Positions 26,306-39,984 of a DNA stretch of 64,000 bases are shown here, in pieces. The stretch's first letter is position 1. The number at the start of each line of letters is the position of its first letter. The translations under genes were made by a program, and so were the position numbers. Under the pieces are notes generated by a model, which ran no database searches, was not told the DNA's origin, and worked only from the letters and a program-made list of their open reading frames with translations. Origin of the DNA: Selaginella moellendorffii (Eukaryota; Plantae; Lycopodiophyta); NCBI RefSeq assembly GCF_000143415.4, contig NW_003314274.1, forward strand, positions 817,788-881,787, written 5' to 3'.

Positions 26306-26588
26306 GGACTAAGTAGACTCTATTATATATGAACATTTAAGTTATTTAAGCAAAGTCAACAATAACAACAAGAAGAACAACAGCAAAGAGGACTAAGTAA
26401 ACTCTATTATATATGAATAGTTAAGTTATTATCTAAGTAAAGTCAACAAACAACAACAATGATCTAGGACTAAGTAAACTCTATTATATATGAATAGTTA
26501 AGTTATTATCTAAGTAAAGTCAACAAACAACAACAATGATCTAGGACTAAGTAAACTCTATTATATATGAATAGTTAAGTTATTATCT
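26306..26588. repeat. AT-rich tandem repeat, 77-bp unit, about 3.6 copies
   Basis: AGGACTAAGTAAACTCTATTATATATGAATAG.. units start at ~26306, 26389, 26466 and 26543. Confidence 0.92.
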
Positions 26589-26780
26589 GCAAGCTAGGCT
26601 TGGGCCAGGTTCGGCATCTCCAACACTCGCATTCTTCGGAGAGTGGCTATGGCGGACAAGGGCGTGCGGCATTCTCGCACTAGCTAGGGTAGGCACTGGC
26701 GAAATTTCGGCTGGCATTTGGCGACAGTAGCTTCTGATCGATCGGCACCTTGCTCGTGCGCCAATTCGGTGCCAGAAGCC

Positions 26781-28176
26781 ATGGCACAGAGCAACTGGGA
26801 GGCAGATAAGATGTAAGTTACTGCTGCTGCCACTAATGCAGGTGGTTCCAGCTCGCGCTATCGTGATCTGGGTTCTTGATGAAATGATCGATGATCGTGT
26901 TTCTTACGCTTGGATTGATTGAGATGATCTCTTTAGCAGTACGAAGCTGAGTCCTAATGTCGACGCCTCCAAAGGTGAGTTTCGTGTGTCCTTTTTTTTT
27001 TTTGAAGGTTTTATTTGTAGCAGATTTTACGTTCAACGAGGTGGGCTGTCTTCGTGCCAGTACAAATAAAGTTGTGTGCTGCCATTTCTCTTCGAGTGGA
27101 AAGCTATTGGCCAGTGCTGGCCATGAAAAGAAGGTGAGCTTCACATTTGGGAGTTTTCTTTTCTGAGCTCTCACAATGGAGGCCGTGCTCTGGAATATGG
27201 ACACGCTAAAACTCCGGAGTACATTGGAAGAACACACGTCTTTGATAACCGATGTTCGGTTTAGTCCAAATTCGATGCTGTTAGCAACATCATCCTTTGA
27301 CGAGACTGTACGAGTATGGCATGCAGACAATGTGAGTTCTTGAATTATTCGTATCTCTTGGTAATGACTTGTTCATTTTCATGCAGCCAAGCTATTCCTT
27401 GCGCACTTTTACTTGCCATCAAACATCAGTCATGTCCTTAGATTTCCATCCAGCGAACAAAGACCTCTTGTGTTCGTGCGACAGTGATAGCGAGATCAGG
27501 TACTGGAGTGTAAGCCAGGGCATCTGCACCAAAGTCTTCAAGGTGAATAGCTCTTACCTTTGAGAGTTTCGTTGACTGGTTTTTGTCGATCTTCACAGGG
27601 TGGCATGACTCAAATGCGGTTTCAACCGCGTCATGGCAGGCTTCTTGCTGCCGCCGCCGAGAACCTAGTTTCTATCTTCGATGTCGATGCCGAGACATGC
27701 AGGCATTCTCTTCAGGTAAACGAATCAATACGAGTTTTTTCCAAACCACCGAGTCTGTCCGTCTTCCAGAGGCACACAAAGCCAGTGCATTCCATATGCT
27801 GGGATCAAACCGGTGACTACTTGGCTTCTGTCAGCAAGGACTCAGTCCGAGTCTGGACTCTCCGCTCCGGTGGCGATGGAGAATGCGTTTACGAGCTATG
27901 CTCGAACGAGAACAAGTTCCATTCCTGTGTCTTCCACCCGAGCCATCCGTCGCTACTCATCATCGGCTGCTATGAGGTAGGGAAACCGATAAATCTCTTC
28001 GAAAGTTGTGTAAACGTTTCGCTGTCTCGCAGTCTCTGGAGCTGTGGAACATGGTTGAGAACAAAAGCATGACAATCCCTGCGCACCAGGGCCTGATTGC
28101 GGCCTTGGCACAGTCGCCAGCGACGGGCATGGTTGCGTCGGCCAGCCACGATAAATGCGTGAAGCTGTGGAGATAG
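26781..28176 (+). pseudogene. LUG: LEUNIG/LUH-like co-repressor copy with LisH/LUFS and Q-rich regions deleted; WD40 exons retained
   Basis: Exon 1 MAQSNWEADK followed by a GT donor, then within ~150 bp ..[71 protein letters not shown]; introns retained. Confidence 0.88.
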
Positions 28177-28261
28177 AGAAGAGTTCACACACAAGCTGTG
28201 GAGAGAAGACGATGAAAGGAAGTGTATTACTACTCGGTCAAATGTTTGCCTTGACATTTAG

Positions 28262-28880
28262 AGATTGTAAGGCAATACCCTAAATGCACTGGAAATTGTC
28301 TTATGGACATTTTAAATGGAATTTCTGTGTTTAAAGGTGTAAGTGTGATTTGAGGGACTTTTGAATTGGCCTAATACAATTTCACAGTTTAGAACTGTTG
28401 GTAAGGCATGTTTAAGTATGAGGCATAGTCTAATCAATGGACATATATTCTTTAATAGAATAAGGATAATACCTTCTTTAAGCAAGAGTTTCTGTAGTGA
28501 AAGACCAAAAAGAGTAATGGAATTTAAAAATTCAACTGGATAATCTTCTAGGTGTTCAGTATCAACAAAGTCAATACTTTTATAAATATGTGTATCACTA
28601 GGTAAGGAAAAGACTAACATTATTAATAAGAAAAATATCATCATTAAGTGGGGTAAGTATGACTCTATTAGATGCAACATAAGGGTCTAAAATATCCTAT
28701 AAAGATGGGAAAACAAAATTAACAATAGAGGACATTATTGCCTGTGTGTAAGATAATACAATAGATTCTGAAAGCAAATTGGGTAAATTTACGTAATTAT
28801 TACCATTTCCAATTTAAAGAAGCTAATCAGCCCATAAAAAGTTGTTTTCAATTAGTCTCATATTCCTTTTTAGTGGAAGT
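28262..28880 (-). mobile_element. Helitron helicase C-terminal remnant
   Basis: Minus strand: LPLKRNMR, YKSID, YPVEFLNSI..GL..KL.LKEG..ILLKN, PFK..RQFPV.L..CLTI. Confidence 0.88.
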
Positions 28881-29155
28881 TGTCACAAATGTGACTTCGG
28901 TATCGAAAGCTACCTGTCAGTTAATCCTTTCGGATATTCTTTCCTTACTGCCACGACAGCAAAAGGTCAATATTGTTGGTTCTTTTTATTAGTCCCTTTT
29001 GTTCAAGTGTTAGTAAATTGGGTTTAGCACATGTACTTAGCTAGATGGACATAAGGTAGGAATTCCTATATGTTTCTTGCTGAGCATACTTGGCCTAGCT
29101 TTTAGTTCTCTTTTTTTTTGTCTTGCATTGGCTTGACAAAAACCTTTATGTATTG
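28881..29155 (+). mobile_element. Fragment of the LARD-like LTR in the opposite orientation to the copies at 1-13 kb
   Basis: TGTCACAAATGTGACTTCGG.. is the reverse complement of the LTR end at 7107/5787; shares variants with the ~5580-5660 copy. Confidence 0.85.
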
Positions 29156-29159
29156 AAAA

Positions 29160-29447
29160 GTAAATTAAACTTGCCAAATATCAATCTCAACATATAGTAT
29201 GATTCTCTTAGTTAACCAATAAAGTTAGACCTAAGACCCACTCTAATACCAAATATAAACCCTTGAGTTTAGATTTCCTGGGAGATCACTCAGCTTAATA
29301 CTATTTAAACCCAAGGACACTTAACCCCAAATATCCTAAGATCTTTAATTGGTCGAAAGAGGGGGTGCACTCTTGTTCATGAGCCCTTTCCTGTATATTT
29401 AAACCCTTATGAATTGTCTTTCAAATTATTTTTTTTAATTGTTTACA
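29160..29447 (-). mobile_element. Second Cassandra-like 5S-containing LTR (29254-29447) with PBS and start of internal domain
   Basis: Diverged reverse complement of 1370-1554; followed on minus by TTTGGTATTAGAG (PBS-Met-like, 29241-29253). Confidence 0.8.
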
Positions 29448-30379
29448 AAAAGTAGCCAGTTGAGCAAAATTGCAATCTTTTGAAAGAAGAGATTGAAAGT
29501 TTGGAAAGAGTAAATTTCAAATTAAAGACTTCCTCAAATCTTGTTGTTAATACTGTTATGCCACAAATATCAATATTAGATCAACATACATGACCAGTTA
29601 GAAATAGGAAAGCTATACAATATAAATCTTCCATTTTGAAAAATGTACAAAAGAAAATCTAGCTAGCAAATAAGTTGAAATGCATAGTTATAAAGACAAA
29701 TTACATTAATGATATGGTTAAAGAGTTTGTTGTTATGACTGAGTTATCAAAAGGTACAATGTTAGAATCTATTAAAATTCATCCTATACCTATCTAGATT
29801 TTATACAAAGGGAGAACAAGGAAAAAGTATATTTAACCTACAAACACATCTATCATCACATCCATCAGACAAATTTTATAGTTGCGGAGTTTAAGAAGTG
29901 TTTTTAGATTGATTTTAGTGTTCAGATTTATATTTATATTTTGGTCAAATTTACTTGGAAATATAGATTAAATCAAAATTTAAAAGATGAAGAGTGTTTG
30001 TTTTTTGGTCCTTTTCGTGCTTTTCGTGTTTGTCGTCCATGTGATCTTGCTCAATCCACGAGAATTTGCTGCTTTCTCTCCTGGTTTTCATTGCGTGTTT
30101 TCTTGTGACTTCGTCGTGTTCTATGAAGGTCTGTGAGGATGTGACTTTCATTGTCAGGAATTTCTCCTGCTGGTGGTTCAAGATGATGTGTCAAGATTTT
30201 ATAGAATATTTGAAAAAGAGGATATTCCAAAGAGTCTAGTGATGACAGCTTGGTGTGAGCCAGAGAGGCAGACCCAAAGCAGTGACACGGCAGTGCAAGG
30301 CAGTTGGGTCAGTACAATGTGCCCACATTGTTGGCAGGAGTGGATTAAATTGTTGGTTGAAGTTTAAGCCAAGCTGTTA

Positions 30380-30790
30380 GAAGAAGAGAAGCTTCACATT
30401 CCTTTGCAACTCTTGCAGTGTTGAGTCCAGGGTTCTGGCTTGGTGGCCATCTTGTTCATTTGGGATCTGCAAGAGGGGACTAGAGAGCAAATCACAAACA
30501 GTGTCATTGATTTCTATGGCAAGTGTGGAAGTATATCTGCTGCTTAGCACATCTTAAATTCCTCCGTGATATCCAGGGACGTGGTTCTGTGGAACATGCT
30601 GATAGCAGGCTTTAGCCACCAAGGCAATGCAGCCAAAGTGGTGGAGATGAGCTGCTAGAGGAGGGTGCTAAGCCGGATGAATTTACGTTCCTCTTGGTTA
30701 TTGCAGCATGCAGTGCTGTGAGATGGATCTGAGCAGGGCCAGAAGCTTTTCCAGGAGATGTGGAGGTATGGCGTAGCTCCAGGAAGAGTT
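30380..30790 (+). pseudogene. PLS-class PPR gene fragment
   Basis: RDVVLWNMLIAGFSHQG, KPDEFTFLLVIAACS and EQGQKLFQEM..YGVAP in shifting frames. Confidence 0.75.
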
Positions 30791-31432
30791 GCCCAGTGTG
30801 ATGCAAGCAGCCTGAATCAAGGGAGGTTCACTGTGAATTGCCAAGGGAGGATAGTGTTGTATTTCTCCTTTTTCACACCAGCTAATCGTTAGTTAAGCTG
30901 TGCCGATCTCTGGTTGAACATCCACAAATTTTTTATGAAAAACAGGCCTCAGATCGGATGGTTGCCAGAGGTTAGATAGATAAAAATAAAATAAAACAAA
31001 CAGAACATTTGCGTATAGTTTTATACTAAGTACAAGAAAAAACAATTTCTCCTTGAAATTACAATTGGCATGACCATAGAGCCTGAACTTGGTTGTCTGT
31101 AAAGATGCTGGATTTCTTCGAATGATAAAGGCCTACAACTGAGATGAAGAAGAGACTCTGTCTGTGGTCTGTCCATCCAGCAAGCTCGAAAGAAGGCTGG
31201 CCTCAATAAAGTCTTTAGGAGCGATCTCTTGGCAAAGCTGCCGAACGTGGTGATGGACATATGCTTGTGATGCCATGCATAAGTGAAAGTTTGTTTGAGG
31301 AAGGAAACGTAGTTTAAAGGTAGCTTAATCTCGAGGCCATGTTAACATAAGTCTGGTCTTCTAGGGTTTAAGAGATGGAGGGAGCGATGACGCAGGTATG
31401 CCGCGCTCTCGCGATCTTCGTTTCCAGATGTA

Positions 31433-34400
31433 ATGCTTGGATTCAAGGCGCGCCGGCTCACCGCCGCATTGCGATCTCCCGGCGACGAGAATGGGCGGAT
31501 CTTCGACGTGGACAAGGCCTACCTCGATCGGATGAGGATTTTGGAGCGGTTGCGGCAGCACTATCCGTCGCCTGCCAAGGAAGGAGAGGCGGATGGCGTT
31601 GAGTTTGGAAGCGATTTGGATTTTCGGGCGCCTTGCAAGGAGGAGAAGCGAGTTGAGACGAGATTCACGAAGCCAAGGGAAGATCCTCCGGCCATTGTAA
31701 ATCTTCGATGGGTGCAAGACATATGTAAAGAGTCTGGGGACGAGCTAGCCTTTGCAGTGTGTCGCGTTCTGGAGTCATCGGACTCTGGAGATCAGGTAAC
31801 AAGAATGAATTTGGAAGCTCTCATGTTTTCTCTTGCTGTTTTTTTTCTTTCTTCTCTTACAGATTGCCGGCTACTTGTTTGATCTTATGGGGGATAACGG
31901 ATTTGAGCACATCCAAGTTTTGCTCCAGGTTTTTCCATCCATCTTTGTGATGGTCAGTTGTTTAAAGTTTTACTTCTTGCAGTGCAGGAAAGAGCTCGTG
32001 GAAGCGTTTCACAAGGGTCTGTCTCGTTTGAAATTGGAAAATCCTTCTCAATCAAACCAAGGACGTGTACCGAGCTATGGCACTCAGGTACTAAGTTTCT
32101 GCAGCGAACTTGAACTTACCTTTCATGGTTTCAGGTTAGCGTACAGACTAGTTTAGATCGCCAGATCGATAAACTGCGACGAAAAGAGGAAAAGAGACAT
32201 GGAAAACGTGGCGAAGAATCGGAGCTCGACTGGACTGGTGGATTTTCTGCCGTAGTTGATGCTAGCGAGAGGCCTGATGAAGGGATAGAAGGTCTAGTTG
32301 GGAAAGGTGATGGTTTCACTGGCATGACCGGGGCATCCCTTCCACCGGGTTCTGTGAAAAAGGTTTTCAAAGGCTACGAAGAGGTGCGAGTACCACCCAC
32401 ACCAACATCGTCGTTGAAGCCTGGAGAATTCCTGGTACGGATAACATGGATTTTTCTCTGCTGAAAAGTTTCTGCTTTGGTGGACAGGTTAAAATTTCCG
32501 AGCTTGATGACATATCACAGGCAGCTTTCCAAGGGTACCAGACCCTCAATCGCATTCAAAGCCGGATCTTTCCAACAGCGTATAACAGCAACGAAAACAT
32601 ATTGGTACCCGAAAAACTCATTATGGTTCATGTATCCTCTTATACTTTGGCAGGTCTGTGCACCGACAGGAGCCGGAAAAACTAACATTGCCATGATCAC
32701 GGTTCTACATGAGGTAAGTAAACTTTTATAGACTGTTTTGTCTATAGTCACATTCTATTTAGATAAGGAAACACTTTAAGTTTGGAGTTCTACAAAAAAG
32801 CGAGTTCAAGATCGTCTACATTGCTCCAATGAAGGTGATCAGAATGATTCGTCGTTATTTAGATTAATCTTCGCTTGTAAAGGCACTTGCAGCGGAAGTA
32901 ACAGCAGCATTTGGTCGAAGGCTTGCACCACTGAATGTTGTTGTCAAGGAGCTTACAGGTGACATGCAGCTCACCAAGAGAGAGCTTGAAGAGACGCAGG
33001 TTCTTAAACTTGTCAGCAAACTTTTGATTCTGACTCGTTCCTTGGCAGATGATCGTAACCACACCGGAGAAGTGGGATGTGATCACACGAAAAACCAGTG
33101 ATATGGCTCTCGCGACTCTTGTGAAGTTGCTTATTATTGACGAGGTGCATCTTCTAAACGATGATCGTGGAGCCGTCATTGAAGCACTTGTTGCGAGAAC
33201 ATTGAGACAGGTCTTACTTTGGTTTTCTTATTGTCACATTGTTTAATATACTAGAGAACAGGTCGAATCAAGTCAAAGCATGATCAGGATTGTTGGCCTC
33301 TCAGCAACTCTACCAAACTATATAGAGGTTCTTTTGCTTTTACAAATAAGTGATCTTGAGCGAAAGACTTTGTTTCTTAGGTGGCTAAGTTTTTGAGGGT
33401 GAGTCCCGAAACCGGGTTGTTCTACTTTGATGCAAGTTATCGTCCAGTGCCTCTGATGCAAAACTACGTGGGCGTCACTGAACCAAACTTTGCGCTACGC
33501 AATAGTATTATGAATGAAGTGTGCTACGGAAAGGTTCGGCAAGCAAATTTAGGAATCCATGCTGATAATAAGCGTTGAATGTATAGATATTGGAGGCGGT
33601 TCGTAACGATCAGCAAGCAATGGTCTTTGTGCATTCTCGGAAAGATACCGTGAAAACTGCTCGTATACTGGTACCAGCCCTTTCGTTTTGTTGTTTTTTT
33701 TTTTCTTTTTTGGTTTTCTAACCATCTACTCAAGGTTGATATAGCACAAAGAAATGGCGAGATAGGCCTTTTCTTGAATATGGATCATCCTCAGTATGGA
33801 ATAATGAAGGTACTTTTCTGGCTGCATTATTTTATTGTTCTTGGTTTTTCTTTGTCGCAGAGAGAAGCTTCGAACTCAAAGAGCAAGGAGCTTTGGGAAC
33901 TGTTCCAGTCCGGGTTTGGAGTTCATCACGCTGGGATGCTACGCTCTCAGAGAAACTTGGCAGAACGTTTTTTTTCAGAAGGGCTCTTGAAGGTATACCG
34001 TCAGTTGCGAGAATCTTATCCTCAAGGGTCTGATATTGCAGATTTTGGTTTGTACTGCAACATTGGCCTGGGGTGTAAATCTACCAGCTCATACCGTCAT
34101 TATCAAGGTAACAGCCATCTACATTAATGCTATCATTTTTGTTGTCTAACTCTTAAAATTGGAAACAGGGTACTCAACTGTACGATCCAAAAGCTGGTGG
34201 TTGGCGAGAACTCGGCATTCTTGATGTCATGCAGGTATACAACGAACTTCTCTTGACTTGAGATTGAAATGGCCTTTTTAGATTTTTGGACGCGCAGGGC
34301 GTCCGCAGTTTGATTCAAGTGGAGAAGGAATTATTATTACTACCCATGACAAGCTTGCACATTATTTGCGATTGATGACGCACCAATTACCCATTGAGAG

Positions 34401-37400
34401 CCAAGTAAGATCAATGTTAACTTTCATACCTTTAGTTTTTCAACCTGCTTATCACTTGCAGTTTGTAAGCGCTTTGAAAGATAACTTGAACGCGGAAGTG
34501 GTTCTTGGAACTGTTACTAACGTTCGTGAAGCGTCAACTTGGCTCAGCTACACATATTTGTTCGTGCGAATGACGGCCAGCCCGCTAGCTTATGGATTGG
34601 AATGGAATGAGGTATGAGCCTTTTCTTACTTAACTTATTATTAAATGTAATGTGGTTCATAGGCCATGAATGATCCTCAACTTGTTGCGAAACGAAATGC
34701 TCTAATTGTAGATGCTGCTCGTGCGCTGAATAAGGCAAAAATGTTACGTTTTGATGAAAAAAGTGGCAACTTCTATGTCACGGACTTGGGCCGTGTTGCA
34801 AGCCATTTTTATCTTCAATACAGGAGTGTGGAAACTTACAACGAGATGCTTAAGCAGCATATGAGTGATAGCGAGGTACCTATTTTTGTTGTTTGTACAA
34901 ATTGACGTTCTTCGTGCCTACGTTTGCAGCTTTTTAAGCTGGTCTCGCATTCATCTGAATTTGAAAACATTATGGTGAGGGAAGAAGAGCAACAAGAAAT
35001 AGCTAAGCTTCTCCATACCTCTTGCCCTTTGGAAGCTTATGGTGGGGCTGAGAGCAAATATGGAAAAATCAACGTTCTTATACAAGTGAGTAATATGTAG
35101 CGGGTATGCACGCGATTACGTAATTGCTTTATTTTTCTCAGGTCTATATATCTCAAGGTTACTTGGATGGGTTTTCTCTTATTGTTGATAGTGCCTACAT
35201 AAGTGCAAGCTTGGGACGCATTATGAGAGCGTTGTTTGAAATTTGCTTGCGGCGTGGCTGGTGTTCAATGTCGGCAATGATTCTAGAATATTGCAAGGCT
35301 GTAGACCACCGTATTTGGCCTCATCAGCATCCTTTGCGACAATTTCACGGAGTCCTTTCCCCCGAGGTTGGCTTGCTAGAGTCGCTTTTGCTTCGGCTCT
35401 AAGTATTTTCTGTCAGGTGCTGCGTAAACTGGAAGACCGCGGTGCTGACTTGGATAAACTTTATGACATGAATGAAAAAGAGATTGGCTCTTTGATCAGC
35501 AGTCCCTATGGGGGAAAGGTAAATGGCTCTTCAAGTAACAGCCTCCAACGTTATTCGATTTCAGCTGGTACGTCAATGTATGGATCACTTCCCGTTCATC
35601 AATCTGTCTGCAAACGTGAGTCCAATTACGCGGACTGTTCTTCAGGTGAATGAGCGTTTCTGTATGTAGCAAAATCTCAACTTTCTTCTTCGGTTGTAGG
35701 TCACCTTAACTATTACCGCGGATTTTACTTGGAAGGACAGGTTTCATGGGACGGCTTTAAGATGGTGGATTTGGGTGGAGGTATGTCGACCAAGTCTTTG
35801 GTAGCGAATTGAAGCTGGTTGTAACTGTAGGATTCGGATAACGAGCATATTTACCACTCGGAGCACTGGACATTGACCAAGAAAATGGTGGCGGAAGGAA
35901 GCCAGACAATTTCATTCACCATTCCCATTTTTGAGCCAATTCCCTCGCAGTATTACATTCGTACCATTTCGGACACGTGGTTACAAGCGTCCTACCTATA
36001 TACACTCTCTTTTCAGCATCTTATCTTACCAGAGGTACGTTTCGTGTTTGCTAGCATGACTGTATATCACGCTCTTGTTCTCTACGCAGCTCCACCCTCC
36101 ACACACCGAGCTACTAAACCTTCGACCATTGCCGGTGTCAGCCTTGAAAAACCAGAAATATGAAGAACGATACAAGTTTTCACATTTCAATCCTATCCAA
36201 ACGCAGGTACTGTCATCCATTTAAGGAGTTACCGGTGACTCAATGTCGTTTGCAGGCTTTTCACACTTTGTACCAAACTGATCATAATGTTCTGCTGGGC
36301 GCTCCAACTGGGAGTGGAAAAACAATATCCTCAGAGCTTGCCATGCTTCGCCTTTTTAACACACAACCAGATATGAAGGTAACATCTTTCTGTTTTTAGA
36401 GATGTCGTAGCTAAGAACTGTGCACTTCAGGTCATATACATTGCTCCTTTAAAGGCTCTTGTACGGGAAAGAGTTGACGACTGGAAGAAAAGTCTGGTAC
36501 CCACGCTTGGAAAGAAGCTGGTATGTCAATTTTCCAGTAGTTTTTATGACGATTCAACTGTGTTGTAGGTGGAATTAACGGGCGATTTTACTCCGGATTT
36601 ACTTGCGTTGCTTGAAGCAGATATCATCATTTCAACTCCTGAAAAATGGGACGGTATTAGTCGTAGTTGGCACAACAGAAGCTACGTTACAAAGGTCGGC
36701 CTGATGATCATTGACGAAATACATTTGCTAGGCGCAGACAGAGGTCCGATCCTTGAGGTAGTGGAAGTCTCTTTTGATAGTAAAGTTGTCAGGAAATAAC
36801 GTAATTGGTATGCAGGTTATAGTATCCCGGATGCGCTATATTTCTTCTCAAACCGCTCGTCATGTTCGATTTGTTGGCCTGTCAACGGCCCTTGCGAATG
36901 CAAAGTGAGTCTTAGGCATGCAAGACTCACGTTTAATATTTTGTTTCAGGGATTTGGGAGACTGGCTGGGCATTGAAAATGTTGGACTGTATAATTTCAA
37001 GCCAAGCGTTCGCCCAGTACCACTAGAAGTTCATATACAGGTAAATTAAACAAAACATGTACTGCTACTGCAACGCTTTGCTGCTTCCTACAGGGATATC
37101 CTGGGAAGTTTTACTGCCCTCGAATGAATAGCATGAACAAACCAACTTACGCTGCTATCAGAACACACTCGCCTTTGAAGCCGGTTTTGATATTTGTCTC
37201 TTCTCGTCGTCAAACTCGACTTACTGCCTTCGATCTCATTCAGGTATGCCATTTAGCTTTTGTTCGATGGCATTTTGTAATTTCATTGTACCAGTTCGCA
37301 GCCCAAGACGAACAGCCACGCCAGTTTTTGCAAATGAATGAAGAGGACAACAGCATGATTCTGTACAAGGTTGTGGATAGTAGTCTAAAGCACACATTGC

Positions 37401-39933
37401 AGTTTGGGATCGGGTTGCACCATGCTGGTCTCTGTGACAGTGACAGAACTCTAGTTGAGGAGCTCTTTTACAACAACAAAATTCAGGTAAACACTTTTTC
37501 GTTTTTACGATGGTCGATATACCTTTTGTTTTCTGAACAGGTTTTAGTTTGCACGAGCACTTTAGCTTGGGGAATCAATCTCCCAGCACATCTAGTCGTA
37601 ATCAAGGTATGCGTTTGCTACTTGATTGTTGTCTTGAATTGGGAAATCTTTTTTGTGTAGGGGACCGAGTATTTTGATGGAAAGTCTAAACGCTACATTG
37701 ATTATCCTATCACGGATGTATTGCAAATGATGGGCCGGGCAGGACGGCCCCAGTTCGATCAACACGGAAAGGCTGTAATATTGGTTCATGAACCGAAGAA
37801 AAGCTTCTACAAGAAGGTTTGATAGCTCAACGACGTTGGACCGATCCATCTTAACGTTCTGAACGGTGGCAGTTTTTATATGAACCTTTTCCAGTTGAAA
37901 GCAGCTTGGTTCACCACCTTCATAATCACTTGAACGCAGAGATAGCTGCTGGAACAATTGCAACAAAGCAAGATGCTCTTTACTATTTGACATGGACGTA
38001 TCTGTACCGGCGGCTGGTTATGAATCCAAGCTACTACGGTTTGGAAGACACAGCAGCTGAGTCCATCAATCATTTCTTGTCAAGGTGATGTTTTCTGCCG
38101 ATGCTTTCTTAACATTGACTGCTTTGCTCTCTTTTAGTCTTGTGAATGGCACACTTGAAGCACTGGATGACGCTGGGTGCATCAAAGTGAGCGAAGACAA
38201 CGTAGAGATACAGATGCCGGGACTCATTGCTTCAAAATACTATCTTCACTACACAACAGTAGCACTTTTCAGCTCAAACGTACACTCTGAGAGTTCATTG
38301 GAGGTACGATCGTTGAAAAGGTAGACCTGTGGCTGATTGATCTTTGTGAGCAGGAGCTATTACAGCTGCTTTCATCTGCTACGGAGTATGACGAGCTTCC
38401 TGTCCGGCATAACGAGGTACAGCCGCTTCGGGTTTTCGTTTACTGACCAGCACAACCTTCCAGGAAAACCTGAATGCGATTCTTGCGCAGCAAGCACGAA
38501 TGCGTGTAGACAATAAGCTGCTAGATGACCCTCATGTGAAGGCCAACTTGCTGTTTCAGGTAAAACAGAGAACGACTAGCTCGTGAATCCAGCGCTGAAG
38601 TTCATTTTATCAGGCTCATTTCTCACGACTGGAGCTGCCAATTTCTGACTACGTGACAGACACGAAGTCAGTGCTGGACCAAAGCATACGTATACTTCAA
38701 GCGATGGTGGATGCTGCGGCCAATGGAGGATGGCTCAGAACGACCATTCGAACTATGCAACTCTTGCAGATGATTATGCAGGTAGAGCTGATGATTTCAT
38801 TGCGATGTTATTATAATTCGCGTCTCTGACAGGGAACATGGTCTGATCANNNNNNNNNNNNNNNNNNNNNNNNNNNNNNNNNNNNNNNNNNNNNNNNNNN
38901 NNNNNNNNNNNNNNNNNNNNNNNNNNNNNNNNNNNNNNNNNNNNNNNNNNNNNNNNNNNNNNNNNNNNNNNNNNNNNNNNNNNNNNNNNNNNNNNNNNNN
39001 NNNNNNNNNNNNNNNNNNNNNNNNNNNNNNNNNNNNNNNNNNNNNNNNNNNNNNNNNNNNNNNNNNNNNNNNNNNNNNNNNNNNNNNNNNNNNNNNNNNN
39101 NNNNNNNNNNNNNNNNNNNNNNNNNNNNNNNNNNNNNNNNNNNNNNNNNNNNNNNNNNNNNNNNNNNNNNNNNNNNNNNNNNNNNNNNNNNNNNNNNNNN
39201 NNNNNNNNNNNNNNNNNNNNNNNNNNNNNNNNNNNNNNNNNNNNNNNNNNNNNNNNNNNNNNNNNNNNNNNNNNNNNNNNNNNNNNNNNNNNNNNNNNNN
39301 NNNNNNNNNNNNNNNNNNNNNNNNNNNNNNNNNNNNNNNNNNNNNNNNNNNNNNNNNNNNNNNNNNNNNNNNNNNNNNNNNNNNNNNNNNNNNNNNNNNN
39401 NNNNNNNNNNNNNNNNNNNNNNNNNNNNNNNNNNNNNNNNNNNNNNNNNNNNNNNNNNNNNNNNNNNNNNNNNNNNNNNNNNNNNNNNNNNNNNNNNNNN
39501 NNNNNNNNNNNNNNNNNNNNNNNNNNNNNNNNNNNNNNNNNNNNNNNNNNNNNNNNNNNNNNNNNNNNNNNNNNNNNNNNNNNNNNNNNNNNNNNNNNNN
39601 NNNNNNNNNNNNNNNNNNNNNNTTGAGTAACACTTTTTACATTTTCCTCTTGTGCTTGGTTTTTAGTCCAAGGAAGAGGGATGGTGGATCGTTGTAGGAA
39701 GCACAAGTACTTGGGAGCTCTTCGCCATGAGGCGCGTGAGCATCAAAGACAAGCGTCTCAGCACAAGCGTTGCAGTGCCAAGAGTTCCTGCGGGAACACA
39801 GGTAAAGAGGATCATGATGAAATTTTTCCTGGATTGATTCTCTTGTTTGTTTTCGTGATTCCAGGAGATAGCGCTGTTCCTCGTCTCAGATTGCTACGTT
39901 GGCCTCGATCAAACTCATACCATCCCGGTTTAG
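31433..39933 (+). CDS. ASCC3: ASCC3/Slh1-type Ski2-like helicase (two DExH cassettes plus Sec63 domains), many small introns; part lies in an assembly gap
   Basis: N-terminus [16 protein letters not shown]; [35 protein letters not shown]; second cassette [32 protein letters not shown]; C-terminus [24 protein letters not shown]; GT-AG introns of about 50 bp. Confidence 0.93.
38850..39622. other. Assembly gap (N run)
   Basis: Run of N. Confidence 1.
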
Positions 39934-39984
39934 TCCAATCTCTCTTTCGTGCTTTCATTCCACACGAACCAAGTGCTAGAAATC

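Noticed and set aside
26306-26588. CRISPR-like array
   Set aside because: Head-to-tail identical units with no unique spacers, eukaryotic context and no cas genes.
1002-28880. The two Helitron remnants as halves of one element with TSD ACTAC/ACTTC around an LTR insertion
   Set aside because: They are on opposite strands and the helicase motifs between TGIASTLL and L..NMR are missing, so the 4/5 match is not a credible TSD.
31433-39933. Calling the helicase BRR2 (U5 snRNP 200 kDa)
   Set aside because: The N-terminus (RLT.ALR..FD.D.AYL.R) and [14 protein letters not shown] fit the ASCC3/Slh1 branch better; a phylogeny would settle it.
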